This document shows, piece after piece, positions 34,524 through 47,099 of a DNA stretch of 64,000 bases (its first letter is position 1; the number at the start of each line of letters is the position of its first letter). Source of the DNA: Entomortierella parvispora E1425 (taxonomy: Eukaryota > Fungi > Mortierellomycota); NCBI GenBank assembly GCA_020891255.1, contig BQFW01000005.1:1116001-1180000 (forward strand), written 5' to 3'. Made by a program: the position numbers and the translations under genes. The notes beneath the pieces are model-generated. The model was given only the letters and a program-made list of their open reading frames with translations. It was not told the DNA's origin and searched no databases.

Positions 34524-35269
34524 TTCAAAAAAATCGGAGGGGGGACATGGCCCTGTGTTCTCTATCCCTGCGCTCTTGCGCCGTCCTTCCTGTCTCCATC
34601 TTTCTTGTCTCCATCTTCTAATTCCTTCATCTCGTACCTGAAGCCAATTGCATTTCAATCATCATTTTTTACAATAAAAAACATAGAATCACAAGTCATT
34701 GCCAGAGAGGAAGAGAATTTCTTGGATCTTGCATCCTCTCCGTCGCCTATGTCAATTCCATTTCTCTTTTCTTCCATCTCTATGTTGCTCTTTTCCCCTT
34801 TTTCAATAGACTCCCTCCTCCCTCACCTCCACTTGAGCCCGACGAGGGTTTGAGAAAAGACATGACAAATAAACCCCAAGAACACTGGCCCTTCCATTTG
34901 GCAGATTGATTGAAAGATGCAACTTGAAACTCAAATCCTCACAGATAGGCCGAAGGAGCATCGCAACGGAAGCATCGCAACAGAAGCATCGCGGAGGAGA
35001 TAAGGCAGAATCAGGTAGCATGATAGAAGGGCTGGAGTGCGCTCAACATGTCAGGACCTAATAGATTCAGTAGTATTTGAGTTTTTCTGAATCAGCGCCT
35101 GGTGTTCACAGTGAATGCTCGAATTCAATCGTCCATAGCCCGTGAACTTGGTATCAGAACCAAGGACGACTCCAGTAAATCCATCCATCTCCCAGAAAGA
35201 CAACACTTGCGTCCTGTTATCAGATTTTCAGTCATACCCTTTTGAGATCCACGAGAGAAAAAGATCACG

Positions 35270-35678
35270 CAGCGTCCATGTGGATTTATTTGGATCCTGC
35301 AGAGTGATACGGTCCGATTCCGTCTTTTTGCCTGATGCCTATGACTCTTTCACCTCCTCCTGCCTCTCGACCGTGGTCCTAATATTGGATCCTTCTGCAG
35401 CAGTCATTAATGTCGTCCTTGCCAGCCACCTCGGCACAGAGCGCAAGCCCCCGGCCACCATTTCTTCATGCCCTGGCTCTCAAAGACATCTAGGATGGCC
35501 ATCTTTGTCTTCTGATATGAAGTAGCACATCTCATTCGAACGGTATAAAGCCTAGGCCAGTTATCCACCATCCATTGTGCCTCCTTGACCCTATATCCTG
35601 TTCCGTTTCTTCGTCCAGGCTCAACTCTTCCAGTCGACTCAGTGTCTTGAGCCGATCCAAGCCATACGTTAGGTATAG
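35270..35678 (-). pseudogene. 3' fragment of an F-box/LRR gene (unit B)
   Basis: Counterpart of 21457-21865, homologous to 43125-43535. Confidence 0.85.
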
Positions 35679-35956
35679 GCATTCAGCCATGGAAAAACTG
35701 GGGCGTGGAAAAAGGGATGGGAAAGCCCTGCGCGAAAAGACGATGGATATTTCAATTGAGTTTGTTTCTTTGCCAGATCATGGCTACTCCCACGACACCG
35801 CGTCGCTCCTATTCAGATTTGGGAAAACTTGTGGAATGAACGTTTTTCACCCTTGATCTCAACCCCTGGAGCGGATAAACCATTGCTCAATAAAAAGAAA
35901 TCCTCTTGATGGAACATCTTTCAACCTGGCATATCATATCCCAGCACCCTTCCCTC

Positions 35957-35987
<31 letters not shown>

Positions 35988-36035
35988 ACCGTCATTGTCG
36001 TTTTTGTTCACTGAAAGATCCCTAGAGGAACCAAC

Positions 36036-39000
36036 ATGAGGCTCCTCGCACCGCGTCTGACCGCCTATGTGGCCATTGCTGGTATCCTTTGCCTTTCGTC
36101 AACCCTCGCTATCGATGTTGCGACTGAAAATGATATTGCCATGCCCAATGCGGACGTCAACGCCGCCATCCCCGATGACGATTTTAGCGACTTGAACCAT
36201 GGAAAAAAACACCACAAGCACCACGGCTCAAAGGAAAAGGAGACCAAACTCTGCAGTAAGTTTCCGATGTGAAAAGAGCCTACTCCCCTACATCTCAACG
36301 ACAACCCCAATCCTCACCCCGATCCGCCTTTGTTAGCAAACCCCAAAGACTTTACTTTTCTAATGTGCCCTTTTCATCTTGGATGGTTCATCTTTCTTTG
36401 TCTAAAGAGAGGGAATTGAATCTTGTCTGCGACGATAAGGTTATCGACAAACTTATCTGCAAAATCAAAACGGCGCCAGCGGCCATGGCCTATGGCCTTT
36501 CTGACGTGGAGGGATCGCAAACTCCTCTTGAAACCCCCCGAAGACGCTACTCTTGAAGCGCTCAACAACGGTGGGGGCAACATTACCAAGGTCTACATCT
36601 TTATGGACAAGCCATGTTCGAAGGAACTTCCGCCCCTTTGTGCTGCCGCTCTTGAGGCGGCGGCCGAGGAAGCGACCGAGGCAGCGAAGGATGCAGATGA
36701 AGCTGATAAGTCCGAAGAACCGCAGGCCCCTGACGCTCCTGCCGAAGTTGATCCTCAAGGCCTGGCTGACGAAGATGCGGAGGCCGAAGCTGACGTTGAT
36801 CTGTGGAAGAAGCACCATCATAAGCATGGCAAGCATTACCGACACAGACACGGCAACCAGCCCCACAAAGGTCACCATCACCATGGCAAGCATCACAAGG
36901 ACCACAAACATGATCGTCATGGCCACAGCAAGAAGAAGCACCCTTGGGAAGACCTTTGTGTTGCCGTTGGTGCATTTTGTGGTGATAACCTTTACGGATG
37001 CGATTTCGATTTCAAGACACTCTACGCGTGCACGGCCGTTGGCGAAAAGCCCACGATTCTCCTGGCCAATGCAGTGAACTGTGGTGGAACGGACGACGGG
37101 GGTAAATGCAACTGCAAGTCTACGGCCCCTGTTTGCGGCTCTTCTCTTGATCCCTCGTGCAAGGCTGATCCAAATGCCATCTATCACTGTACCAATGGTA
37201 ATGGCACAAAGTACGAGATATTCCAGATGTGCAGTCCTGGCACACAATGCACCACAGATAAGGATGGTACCGCCAGTTGTGGCTCTGACACCTGCCACTG
37301 CATGGGAACTCAACAACGCTGCTCCAGTCATTTCCCTGATAAGTGTGGTCTCCAAAAGAACTCCATCTATCAATGCAGCAGCACTGGACAGCCCGAGTTT
37401 GTTTCTTCCTGTGGCGATGACAAGATTTGTATCACTCATGAGGATGGAGCTATTTGCAGAAGTAAAGACTGCGAGTGTACCGTGGATGGTACCGTGTGCG
37501 GCGAAAGATTCCCCCCAGCGTGCAACATTGTATGTACCGGCCTCTATGACTGCAAGACGGGTCAGGCCCCAGTCTTGATCAAAAACTGCTATCCCAACCA
37601 TTGCACATCCTCCGTTGGAAGCACTGAGGCCTCTGCTGTCTTTGAGGCTGCTGATGTCATGGACAGTTGCTCAGATCCTTGCAAATGCACCTCCAAGGGC
37701 AAGGTAATGTAACTGGATGCGAAGACGTCTTTTTTTTTTTTTTGACCATTTGATAAAAGCAACCAACTGACTCAATTTCCTGGTTTCTCTTGATATCGTA
37801 ACCGCAGTTCTGCGGCTCTACTTTCCCAATTTCGTGTGGTTTCGACACAACAGCTCTCTATAGCTGCGATGGAAGCGATTCTACACCAATCAAGGGTGAA
37901 GTATGCAAAAAATCATGCCTTGTACATGCTGGGGACAACTCCTGTGCCAGCACATGCCAGTGCCCGATCACCGACAGCGGGAAACCAGTATGCGGTGGAA
38001 CCCTCGACCCTTCGTGCAAGTTCGATCCTACAGCCATTTATTTCTGCCCCGGCGGTGCTGGATCCGATCCTCATATCCAAAGGAAATGTCTCCCTGGAAC
38101 CCAATGCAACACTGACAACAGGGGTAATGCCAACTGTGGTTACGGGTCTTGCACCTGCCATGGTGATGTCGTGGCCTGCTCCGGACAATATCCAGCCGAC
38201 TGCTATCTCGCCCCCAACAGTGTCTACAAATGCGGTTTCAACGGCAAGCCTGAACTTGTCAAGACGTGCGATCCTGCTGAGGAGTGTGTTTCTACTGCTG
38301 ATGGAGCTCATTGTACCAATAAGGACTGCAAGTGTCCAGCAGATGGTACTCTCTGTGGTGACATCTTCCCAAATTCGTGCGGAATTGTCGCGCCAGCACT
38401 TTATTCTTGCAAGAAGGGAGAAGACCCCGTGTTTGAAGAGACCTGTGAGCCTGGCACCTGCTCTTTCACCACGGGAGGCACTTCTTCCAACACGACAGGC
38501 AATTCTTCCAACTCAGTCTTTACATCTGCATCAATTAACGACCAATGTATTGATGACTGCAAGTGTGTAGCAAAAGGAGAGGTATGTTATATACTGCGTC
38601 TATTCAGCTTATTAGTAGATCACTGATCGGGGGCCTGGCTTTTTCTAAAAAAAAAAAGCACTTTTCTTCTACTGTCCTTTCTTTTTAGGTCTGTGGATCC
38701 ACCTTCTCTCCCAAGTGCAGGCTTGCTCCCGAGACAATCTACCACTGCGACGGTGCTGGATCTGACCCCAAAGCAGGCGAGGCTTGCAAAGGTCCATGCA
38801 TTGTCCAAGCCGGAGGTGCCATTTGCTCAGGCAATCCCAACGATGAATGCAAATGCAAGAAGGTTGGCGACACCTGTGGTTCAGCTTTTGACCCGTGTTG
38901 TGGCGAGGACAAGAACACCCTGTACAGTTGCTCGGCTGTTGATGCTATGCCAGTCTTGAAGCAAGTTTGCAATGGCGTGTGTCTCGTTGAGGGCGGCGTC

Positions 39001-41773
39001 GCTGCCTGTCACTGCGTGTGCACGGATGACGGACCAGTGTGTGGATCGGCCTTTGATCCCAGCTGTGGTCTGGCAAACAACACGTTGTATGGCTGCACCA
39101 ATTGAAGCGTGCCTGTTGTTATCAAGAATTGTGATCCTGGCACTTGCTCTGCCAATGTTGCCAGTAATTCTAGTAATAGTAATCCTGGTAATTCTGTTTC
39201 TTTTGGGGACGACGACGGCATCTTCGAGGCCTTCGCGACCTCCGATTTCTGTATTGATCAGTGCTCGTGCACGCAGGTGAACGCCTTGGTAAGTGATCGC
39301 AAGGTTTTCTCCCTCCAGAGTGAATGCCTCGCTCCTGTAATTTTGAAATTCTTTGGCCAACTTTTGCTCAACTGTTCCTCTGTTCATTCATCTATCCTTA
39401 GGTCTGCTCGGATACATTCCCAGCCGTCTGCCACTACAAGAAAGGAACTCTTATGAGCTGCACCGCCCTCAACGCTATCCCAACCATCGCACAGAACTGC
39501 ACCGACGGCTGCCTTGTGGAGCCTGGAAATGACATGTGCAAACCTATTCAGTGTGTTTGTCAAAAGGCTGGCGATTCCTGCAGTAGCAGCTTCCCCGCCA
39601 ACTGCGGTTACGACCATAACACCCTATACAAATGTTCTGGCGCGGGTGCCCTTCCCGTCAAGAAGGCGACCTGCACGAGCACTGAGATCTGCACTGTCGT
39701 TGGTGGTGGTAACGATTTCTGCGGAGAGTCGACTTGCTCATGTGTTGGTAGCGGCGCTGTCTGTGGCAGCGCATTCCCACCCAACTGTAACAAGACTGCT
39801 ACTTCTGTCTACACTTGCCCTGCTGGAACTGAAACCCCTTGCCCGGCAGGATGCGCCGATGGAATGTGCCCACTACTTGGATGTATGTGTAGCGGGGAAG
39901 GAAACTTCTGTGGCTCTACGTTTTCACCTTTCTGCAACCTTCTGCCCAATGCGCTCTACGGGTGTACCACTGGAGCGCCTCCTGTCTTGCAATTTGATTG
40001 TGGTGTAGACTCTTGTGCTGGTTCACAGTGTCAAGACCCGTGCTTGTGCAAGGGCGCCAACAACGTACGTACTTTGATGCACGGACGTTAAGACGTTTGA
40101 TTCTGAGATTAACCGAGAACGGATTTTTTTTCTATGACCATTTAGGCCTGTGGTTCCACGTTCCCACCAATTTGCGGGTTTTCGGCTACTACGTTGTACT
40201 CTTGTTTCGCGGTAAACAACCCACCCTATATATTCACCGACCTACCGAACTGCACCGCTGGCTGTGAGCTCTCTAGCCCCGACAACCAGTGTGTTAATCC
40301 CTGCACACAAGAGGCCGCGAATGCTCTTACCGATCTCCAGGCGGTTATTACGTCATTGACAAGCACCATTGCCGCGACCACGGAAGACAATGTATCTGTT
40401 GTGGACTTGCCAGTGTTGTTGCAGTTCTTCACAACCCTCGAATCGAACTTGACGAGTACAGCTCCCGGTATTGGCACGCTCACTCAACTTGCTGGCTCGG
40501 CGTTGAACTCTGTCAATTCCGTATTTTTGCTTCTGGCTGGTGCACTGAATGAAACTCTGTTCCAGAATGCCACCATCAATCTTTTGGCACCAGTGAACTC
40601 GACTCTACAAACCGGGCTGCTGAGCGCGCTGCAAGCGCTCGTCACTTGCACAGGAAGCACCACCAAAGATTGTACTGCATTGAACCAACTCTTCAACGCC
40701 TTTACCGATGCTGCCCTGACGTACGTCTCTCAATTCACCACCCCTGTGGCCGATCAAAGGGCGAGCAATACAACTGCAGGAACTGCAACGTTTAGCGCCC
40801 AGCTTACCACCGCAGCGGCTGACATCACAGCCTCCATTGCCACTGTCAACCAGACAGCACTTGATGCCTCTGGGTTACTCCTCAACCTGATCATTGGTCT
40901 TGCCAGTAATACACAGTACGGATCCGCCTCACAGGTGATGATCTTTGTCTACGACGCTGCTGGTTACGCAGCCGCATGTGCAGGTAAGATCATTAACAAA
41001 CCAACAAGCAACAACTTCAGAAAAAATAATGATTGTATCCATTCATTTCTTGCATGTCTCTTTATACTTTAATTAACCGTCTTGCCTACTTTTTGGTTTT
41101 TCTTTTAGGTCTCAATGTCACGAATTGGCAAGATGCTTGCAATTCATTTGGACAGCGTACCCAGGGATTCCTTGCCGGGCTCATCGGTGTGATTCAAAAC
41201 TTCTTGGGCCAGATTCCAATCGTGGGTCCTTATATTGTCGATCCTGTCCTGACTCAGCTAAGAAATTTGCTCGCGGATGCGCAGACAGGTGTCGCTGACG
41301 CGATTGGTGGTATTTTGTCGGCCGTACAGATGATTCTGTCTATCCTCAACATCGTTGGCAGCAATGACAGCACAGAACAAATCCAAAATTTCATCTTGGG
41401 CACGGTCGACATCGCAACCCCTCCTTCCCAGTGCCCTCAGCCAAGTGGATGCGGAGGCGTCATCATGGCCTTCAACATGCTTCTTACTGCTGTCTATGCC
41501 CTTCTGGACGCAAACCCTATGACCACAATTGTAGTCGGTCTTGTCCAGCCTCTCGCGAATGAGTTCTTGTCTGCACTGAACTCGGCCACAGGGTCGGTTA
41601 TCATTTCAGCCGCAACTATGTTTATCTCAGATATGGTAGAACTCAACGACGATTTGGTGATGAACTTTCCTTCTATTGATGGAGCTCTTTCGACGGTTAC
41701 GAGCGCGCTGGACGTTCTTGCCAACGGTGCCCAGGCGATCATTAATTGCTACATCAACAACCCCGCCCTCTAG
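36036..41773 (+). pseudogene. Shorter, damaged paralog of the Cys-rich gene (one repeat exon instead of seven)
   Basis: Same exon structure. C6 at 36534-36539 (C5 in unit A) shifts exon 2. In-frame TGA at 39103-39105 (GGA in unit A). Single repeat exon at 37808-38581. Confidence 0.8.
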
Positions 41774-42049
41774 TTTTTTTGTTTCTTTCTTTCTAAAAGT
41801 TGCGGCATTGTACAATCAACATCGGGAACGATGACGGGGCTTGTAAATAGTAGAGCCAAAAAGCAGCATTGGGAAGGGGGGTTTTTTCAACAAAAAAATC
41901 TTCAAGAACCACTATACCCATTGGCACGAACAAAGTTGTACAAAGCGAATAAAAAAAAGTCTTTTCGATCCCCATTGGCAAGGTCAACACACTTTACGAA
42001 CTCTCGATTTTTTTTTTTTTAAAATAACATTTCGACGTTCAATTTTTTC

Positions 42050-42980
42050 GGTTTGTTGGCCTCTTCATCGCTGCTGACGATGATGATGCGAGTGTGAACC
42101 TCCATACGGATGCTGCTGCTGCTGCTGTTGTTATTTTTGACCAGGGGCCATCGAGGGGGATATGATAGAGGACGAAGTAGGAGAGGGAGTCGTTGGGCCC
42201 GCGGCTGAAGAACCTTGTGGGTTGTTGGGGTTTGCATTAGCATTCCTGGCCATCATCAGCAAGGTCGATGTCGAAATAAAGCCCGAGGGCGAGTTTGCGA
42301 TCGGGGGAGACAGCAGTGGTGGTGCTGGAGGCGGCGCAGAATACGATGCGCTCTTTAATGTAGTTAGTGACTGGAACCGACCCCAAAAGACGAGCCGGTG
42401 CACCGTGGCACGCACAAAAAAAGAACCGGTGCACCGAGTCGGTTCTCTTTTGAGTCCTTTGAATCTCTCCTTGGTGGCTTATGTGTTTTTGAGTGTTTTT
42501 GAGTGTTTTTTACTAACGGAAAGCTGCTATGGGGAGTGGTAAGGGCTCAAAAACTTAAGAGCGTAGTGCGAGAAAACAATATCGCTGACATCATTGACCG
42601 CCAAACGATTGCGTTTTTCAGTGGCCACCCCTCCCGAGAAACTGAACAATCTTTCTGATGCTACCGACGTGGAGGGGATAGAAAAAAAAAAGAGTCCGCC
42701 AGAGCGAGAACCGTTGGTTCCCAAATTTTGACTTCGGTGCACCGGTTTCAGAAAAAAAAAGACTAGCCACGGTGCACCGCGGACCGGTTCCAATCCCTAA
42801 ATGTAGTGACAACGATGTGGCCGTTATTCGATCCATGACCTGCTGAGGTGAGCCACTGTTGCTGCTGCTGCTGCGAGATCCAGCCATGGGGGACGCAAAG
42901 GGCTTGGTCGGTCCCGGATGAGACACTGGTTGATGACAATGGCATTGTTGGAGAAGCTGTACGAGTAATATTCATTGACT
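42050..42980 (-). pseudogene. Low-complexity polyQ/Ser/Pro-rich coding remnant interrupted by a MITE
   Basis: Removing 42365-42799 and one TSD joins ...SQQQQQQWLTSAGHGSNNGHIVVTT to LKSASYSAPPPAPPLLSPP...SMAPGQK*QQQQQQHPYGGSHSHHHRQQR* in frame. Confidence 0.6.
42365..42799. mobile_element. Non-autonomous hAT-type DNA transposon (MITE), 435 bp
   Basis: Perfect 8-bp TSD AATGTAGT at 42357-42364 and 42800-42807. TIRs TAGTGACTGGAACCG / TAGGGATTGGAACCG (13/15). Subterminal palindrome CGGTGCACCG at 42396, 42427, 42735 and 42770. Confidence 0.9.
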
Positions 42981-43280
42981 GCGATTACGAGTACGGATAC
43001 TTGGACAGTCCAATACTGCCATGAAATCACGCGTAGCCGCGAAACGACGCACGAAATTGGCAAAGTACACGTGTTTCTTGCCTGGTACCTTATTTCGTAC
43101 CCAAGTTAAGTGTACCGATGGCGCTGTAGCGTCCGGTGGATTTATTGGGATCCTGCCGAGTGATGCGGTCCGATTCGGTCGGTCTTTTGCCTAATGCATA
43201 TGACTCTTTCACCTCCTCCTGCCTCTCGACCGTAGTCCTAATATTGGATCCTTCTGTAGCAGTCATTAATGTCGTCCTTG

Positions 43281-44900
43281 TCACCCATCACGGCTCAGAT
43301 TGCAAGACCCCGACCACCATTTCTTCATGCCCTGGCTCTCAAAGACATCTAGGATGGCCATCTTTGTCTTCTGACATGAACTAGCGAATCTCATTCGAAC
43401 GGTATAAAGCCTAGGCCAGTTATCCACCATCCATTGTGCCTCCTTGACTCCTATATCCTGTTCCGTTTCTTCGTCCAGGCTCAACTCTTCCAGTCGACTC
43501 AGTGCCTTGAGCCGGTCCAAGCCATACCTGAGGTGAAGCCCCATGTACACACAATTAGATGTCTTCGAGACGATGGAGCCTGTCCTCCTAAGTTTCCCAA
43601 ATTCCAGAATTCTGAGTTGACTCAAGCCCTCCAGTCGATCCAGAATAACGTTCGTCATCAGTCTTACATCTAGAGTGGACAAGACCTCTAACAGAAACGC
43701 GATCCGAAGCTCTTCCAATTGACTGCAAACCCAGGGCCGTGGATCCTGTTCAATATTCTGCTGTGTCAGAAAATTGGCTCGAAGAACCTTCAGATGAGGC
43801 ATCTCGCACAAGAACCGTTGTACCATCACTCCGTTCAGTGCTGAACATCGGGAGAGTGAGAGTGTCTCCATTCTCTTGCTGTGCTTCCCACTTCCTGCCT
43901 CCAGCAAAGCAATTGAAGACAGGTCTCCAAAAGCCGAAATGTCCAATGTCAAATGCTTCAGCGGGCTCACAGCTTCTAGTAGTTGGGCTAACCTGAAATC
44001 CGTCAAATGGTTGATATTCAGGTTGAGGCTTTCCAGAAAGGGCCACAGTCCTGCCTGAAGGTTTTGTATTAGAGGCGGGGCGAGGTCGACGCTTTCGGGT
44101 TCTTCAGTGTATATCCATGTGAGTGATCGCAGCTCTTGACAGTCCTGTATGAGCCGATATGCAACCAGGACCGGGGCACACTCGACCACGTCCAATTTCT
44201 TAACTTTACAGCCCGTGAGTCGTTGCGGCCATTGGGGCAGGCGTGGCCATTCGGTCTCGGGACCAGAGAAATGCGGCAAAAAATGAACCGACTTTAGTCG
44301 AAGAGTGTCCAGTCGCATGAGCATCTGTCTTGACGCCTCATCCAGCTCGTCTATCACCATGCGAACGCCCTCAAGGCGTAATTTGGACAGCCGGTTGTCA
44401 GGCGCCTTGCAGCCACCAAAGAGACCCCAGAAAGAAAGCGATGACATGTCCAGTCGTCCTTCGTGCATTACTGATACTTCCAGGGAGCTGAGATGATGGC
44501 CATTTTTTAGAAGAAAGTTCCTGGCACCTCTGAAATCGTCCATGAGTCTCGATGACTTTGCAAAGGAGAGAATAAGCTCCTGGAGGCGAGGGAGAATGAG
44601 AATGTCCGAGACCACAGGCGAATAGAAGTCTGAGGCTGGATTCGTATAGAAGAGGCCACAGGCAAGCGGCATTCGTAGAGATTGAATCATGTCGGAATGC
44701 TGATGAAGTTGAATCACAGTGTCAGTTGCAGTCGTCGTTGGAATGGTGTCGCCATCCCTTAAAACGATCCGTTGCCAGAGACTCGGGAGAAAGACATGGT
44801 GCCATTGACGAGAGACCTGGATGCATGCTAGTAGGTTCTCCTTTGGCAGGAACTGGGCAATGAGAGTGGTGAGCTCGGGCAAATCGAATGCACGAGTCAT
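43281..44900 (-). CDS. F-box / RNI-like LRR protein (539 aa, intronless)
   Basis: MTRAFDLPELTTLIAQFL...ACIQVSRQWHHVFLPSLW; GLWPFLESL; DPRPWVCSQLEEL. Confidence 0.88.
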   Translation of the reverse strand: MTRAFDLPELTTLIAQFLPKENLLACIQVSRQWHHVFLPSLWQRIVLRDGDTIPTTTATDTVIQLHQHSDMIQSLRMPLACGLFYTNPASDFYSPVVSDILILPRLQELILSFAKSSRLMDDFRGARNFLLKNGHHLSSLEVSVMHEGRLDMSSLSFWGLFGGCKAPDNRLSKLRLEGVRMVIDELDEASRQMLMRLDTLRLKSVHFLPHFSGPETEWPRLPQWPQRLTGCKVKKLDVVECAPVLVAYRLIQDCQELRSLTWIYTEEPESVDLAPPLIQNLQAGLWPFLESLNLNINHLTDFRLAQLLEAVSPLKHLTLDISAFGDLSSIALLEAGSGKHSKRMETLSLSRCSALNGVMVQRFLCEMPHLKVLRANFLTQQNIEQDPRPWVCSQLEELRIAFLLEVLSTLDVRLMTNVILDRLEGLSQLRILEFGKLRRTGSIVSKTSNCVYMGLHLRYGLDRLKALSRLEELSLDEETEQDIGVKEAQWMVDNWPRLYTVRMRFASSCQKTKMAILDVFESQGMKKWWSGSCNLSRDG

Positions 44901-45334
44901 GATTCTGGGGGCATGAGGATGGCGCATGAGAGAGACAATTGGCGTGGAGGCATGCGCCTTTTTTCTTTTTTTTTTTTTTTTTTTTTTGCGGCGCGCTGCA
45001 GTGCCACACGCGCAGTTTCAGCGTGGGAAACGCGTCTACCCGGGAATGTCTTGGGGAGTGCTCTCGGCAATCTTGGGTTGATCGCCCTCGGTGATCCTTC
45101 CGCGTTTTAGGGTGGTGGCAGCAGGAGGTTTGCCCTCTTTCTTGGAGCGGACGGTAGGTGGTTGACCTTTTCTGTCAGCACTCTCGAGTAGTGGAATGAA
45201 ACATGTGCAGCTGTTTTTGCGATCTACTTTCCTGTTGGCAATAAAAAGGGAATGAGAACTGAAGAAAAGACGGACGTCATGCTGTGTCCAGATTTATTGG
45301 AGGGCAGCACGCATGCTTAAACACATATGGGAAT

Positions 45335-46930
45335 TCACTTCTTCTCATATAGCCTATCTTCAAAGGTCCACACATACGACCCCGGCCACTTTGCTTTCAC
45401 GCCACGATCACGGAAGAACTGCATGACATCCAACTTTGTGTTGTAATGTAAACTGCCAGAGCTCAGATGAATCATTTTTAGCCTTGGCCAGTGATCCATT
45501 ATCCACTGTGCCTCCTTCACTCTAAAATCCTGTTCCGTGTTTTGTTCCAAACAAAGCTCTTCCATGCCACTCAGTATTTTCAGTCGATCCAAACCATAGT
45601 CAAGTCGAAGTGCCATGTACCTACAATCCTCTGACATGGACTCCTTATTGCTGGTCTTCAGAAATTCCAAGATCCTGAGCTGACTCAGTCCCGAAAGTCG
45701 ATCCAGAATGATATTGGTCAACGGTATAACAGAGCGAATCGAAACACCCTCTAGTAGAAACGCGATCCGAAGCTCTTCCAATTGACTGCAAACCCAGGGC
45801 CGTGGATCCTGTTCAATATTCTGCTGTGTCAGAAAATTGGCTCGAAGAACCTTCAGATGAGGCATCTCGCACAAGAACCGTTGTACCATCACTCCGTCCA
45901 GTGCTGAACATCGGGAGAGTGAGAGCGTCTCCATTCTCTTGCTGTGCTTCCCACTTCCTGCCTCCAGCAAAGCAACTGAAGAAAGGTCTCCAAAAGCCGA
46001 AAAGTCCAATGTCAAATCCTTCAGCGGACCTACAACCTCGAAGAGGTGTGCCAGCTCAACATCTGTGAAATAGTCATTGTTCAAATCGAGACTTTCCAGA
46101 AATGGCCATAGTCCCGCCTGAAGGTCTCGTATCATTAGTGAAGGTAATTCCGAAGACTGTGGATAGCCATTAGAGTGCCAAGTAAGCGATCGAAGCTCTT
46201 GACAGTCCTGCATGAGCTGGTAAACATTCAGGACAGAGGAACAATTGTTCACCTCCAACGTTTTAACTTTGCAGCCCGTCAGCCGTCGATACACTTGAGG
46301 TGGGCGCATCCAGCTAGGCCCTGTGCTGCTGAAGGGGTAGGGTGAAAAATAAACCGCCTTCAATCGGAGGGTATCCAGTCGCATGAGAATCTGTCTCGAC
46401 GCCTCGTCCATTTCATCCAAGTCAAGACGCACTCGCGCAAGCAATAGCCTAGACAATCGACTTTCAGGGACCTTGCAGCCCTCCAGGAGACTCCAAACGG
46501 ACAGGCTATCCAGTCGCCCTATATGCGTAGTGGGTGATACCTCCAGTGAGCTGAGACGATAGCCATTCTGCGATATAAAGTCGCAGACGCCTTCGAAATC
46601 CTCACGGTTCGTCAGGTGCTCTGAAAAGGTGAGGACGAGTTCCTGAAGGTGAGGGAGGGTGAGAACGATATCGTGTAGAGTTGTATAGAAGAAGACAAGC
46701 GGCATCTGGAGGGACTGAATCATCTCGGAATGTTGATGGAGTGGAATTTCAATGTCCATTTTGTCCATGAGCTCAATGTCTCTCTCCCTCAAGACGACAC
46801 TCTGCCAGAGCATAGGTAGATAGATTTGGTGCCAGCGACGAGAGACCTGGATGCATGCTAGTAGGCTCCGTCTGGATAGTAACCGAGCAATGAGAGTGGT
46901 AAGTTCAGGCAAGTCGAATGTATGAGTCAT
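45335..46930 (-). CDS. F-box / RNI-like LRR protein (531 aa, intronless)
   Basis: MTHTFDLPELTTLIARLL...ACIQVSRRWHQIYLPMLW; close paralog of the 43281 gene. Confidence 0.88.
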   Translation of the reverse strand: MTHTFDLPELTTLIARLLSRRSLLACIQVSRRWHQIYLPMLWQSVVLRERDIELMDKMDIEIPLHQHSEMIQSLQMPLVFFYTTLHDIVLTLPHLQELVLTFSEHLTNREDFEGVCDFISQNGYRLSSLEVSPTTHIGRLDSLSVWSLLEGCKVPESRLSRLLLARVRLDLDEMDEASRQILMRLDTLRLKAVYFSPYPFSSTGPSWMRPPQVYRRLTGCKVKTLEVNNCSSVLNVYQLMQDCQELRSLTWHSNGYPQSSELPSLMIRDLQAGLWPFLESLDLNNDYFTDVELAHLFEVVGPLKDLTLDFSAFGDLSSVALLEAGSGKHSKRMETLSLSRCSALDGVMVQRFLCEMPHLKVLRANFLTQQNIEQDPRPWVCSQLEELRIAFLLEGVSIRSVIPLTNIILDRLSGLSQLRILEFLKTSNKESMSEDCRYMALRLDYGLDRLKILSGMEELCLEQNTEQDFRVKEAQWIMDHWPRLKMIHLSSGSLHYNTKLDVMQFFRDRGVKAKWPGSYVWTFEDRLYEKK

Positions 46931-47099
46931 GGTAACAACAGCCTACGGATGGCAAAGATGGCAGATGTCGAGAGAACAAATCATTCACGCATGCCCGCGA
47001 CGAGTCTCGCACAAGCAGGCACTTGCTCCCACGCCCTTAATCGATGAGCGAGCGAGATTTTATTGTCTTGTGGTCAGGAAGGTGCGTTGTCGCACTGCA

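Larger units (their letters stand above)
34719..41990 (+). repeat. Segmental duplication, unit B
   Basis: See unit A; same orientation. Confidence 0.93.
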
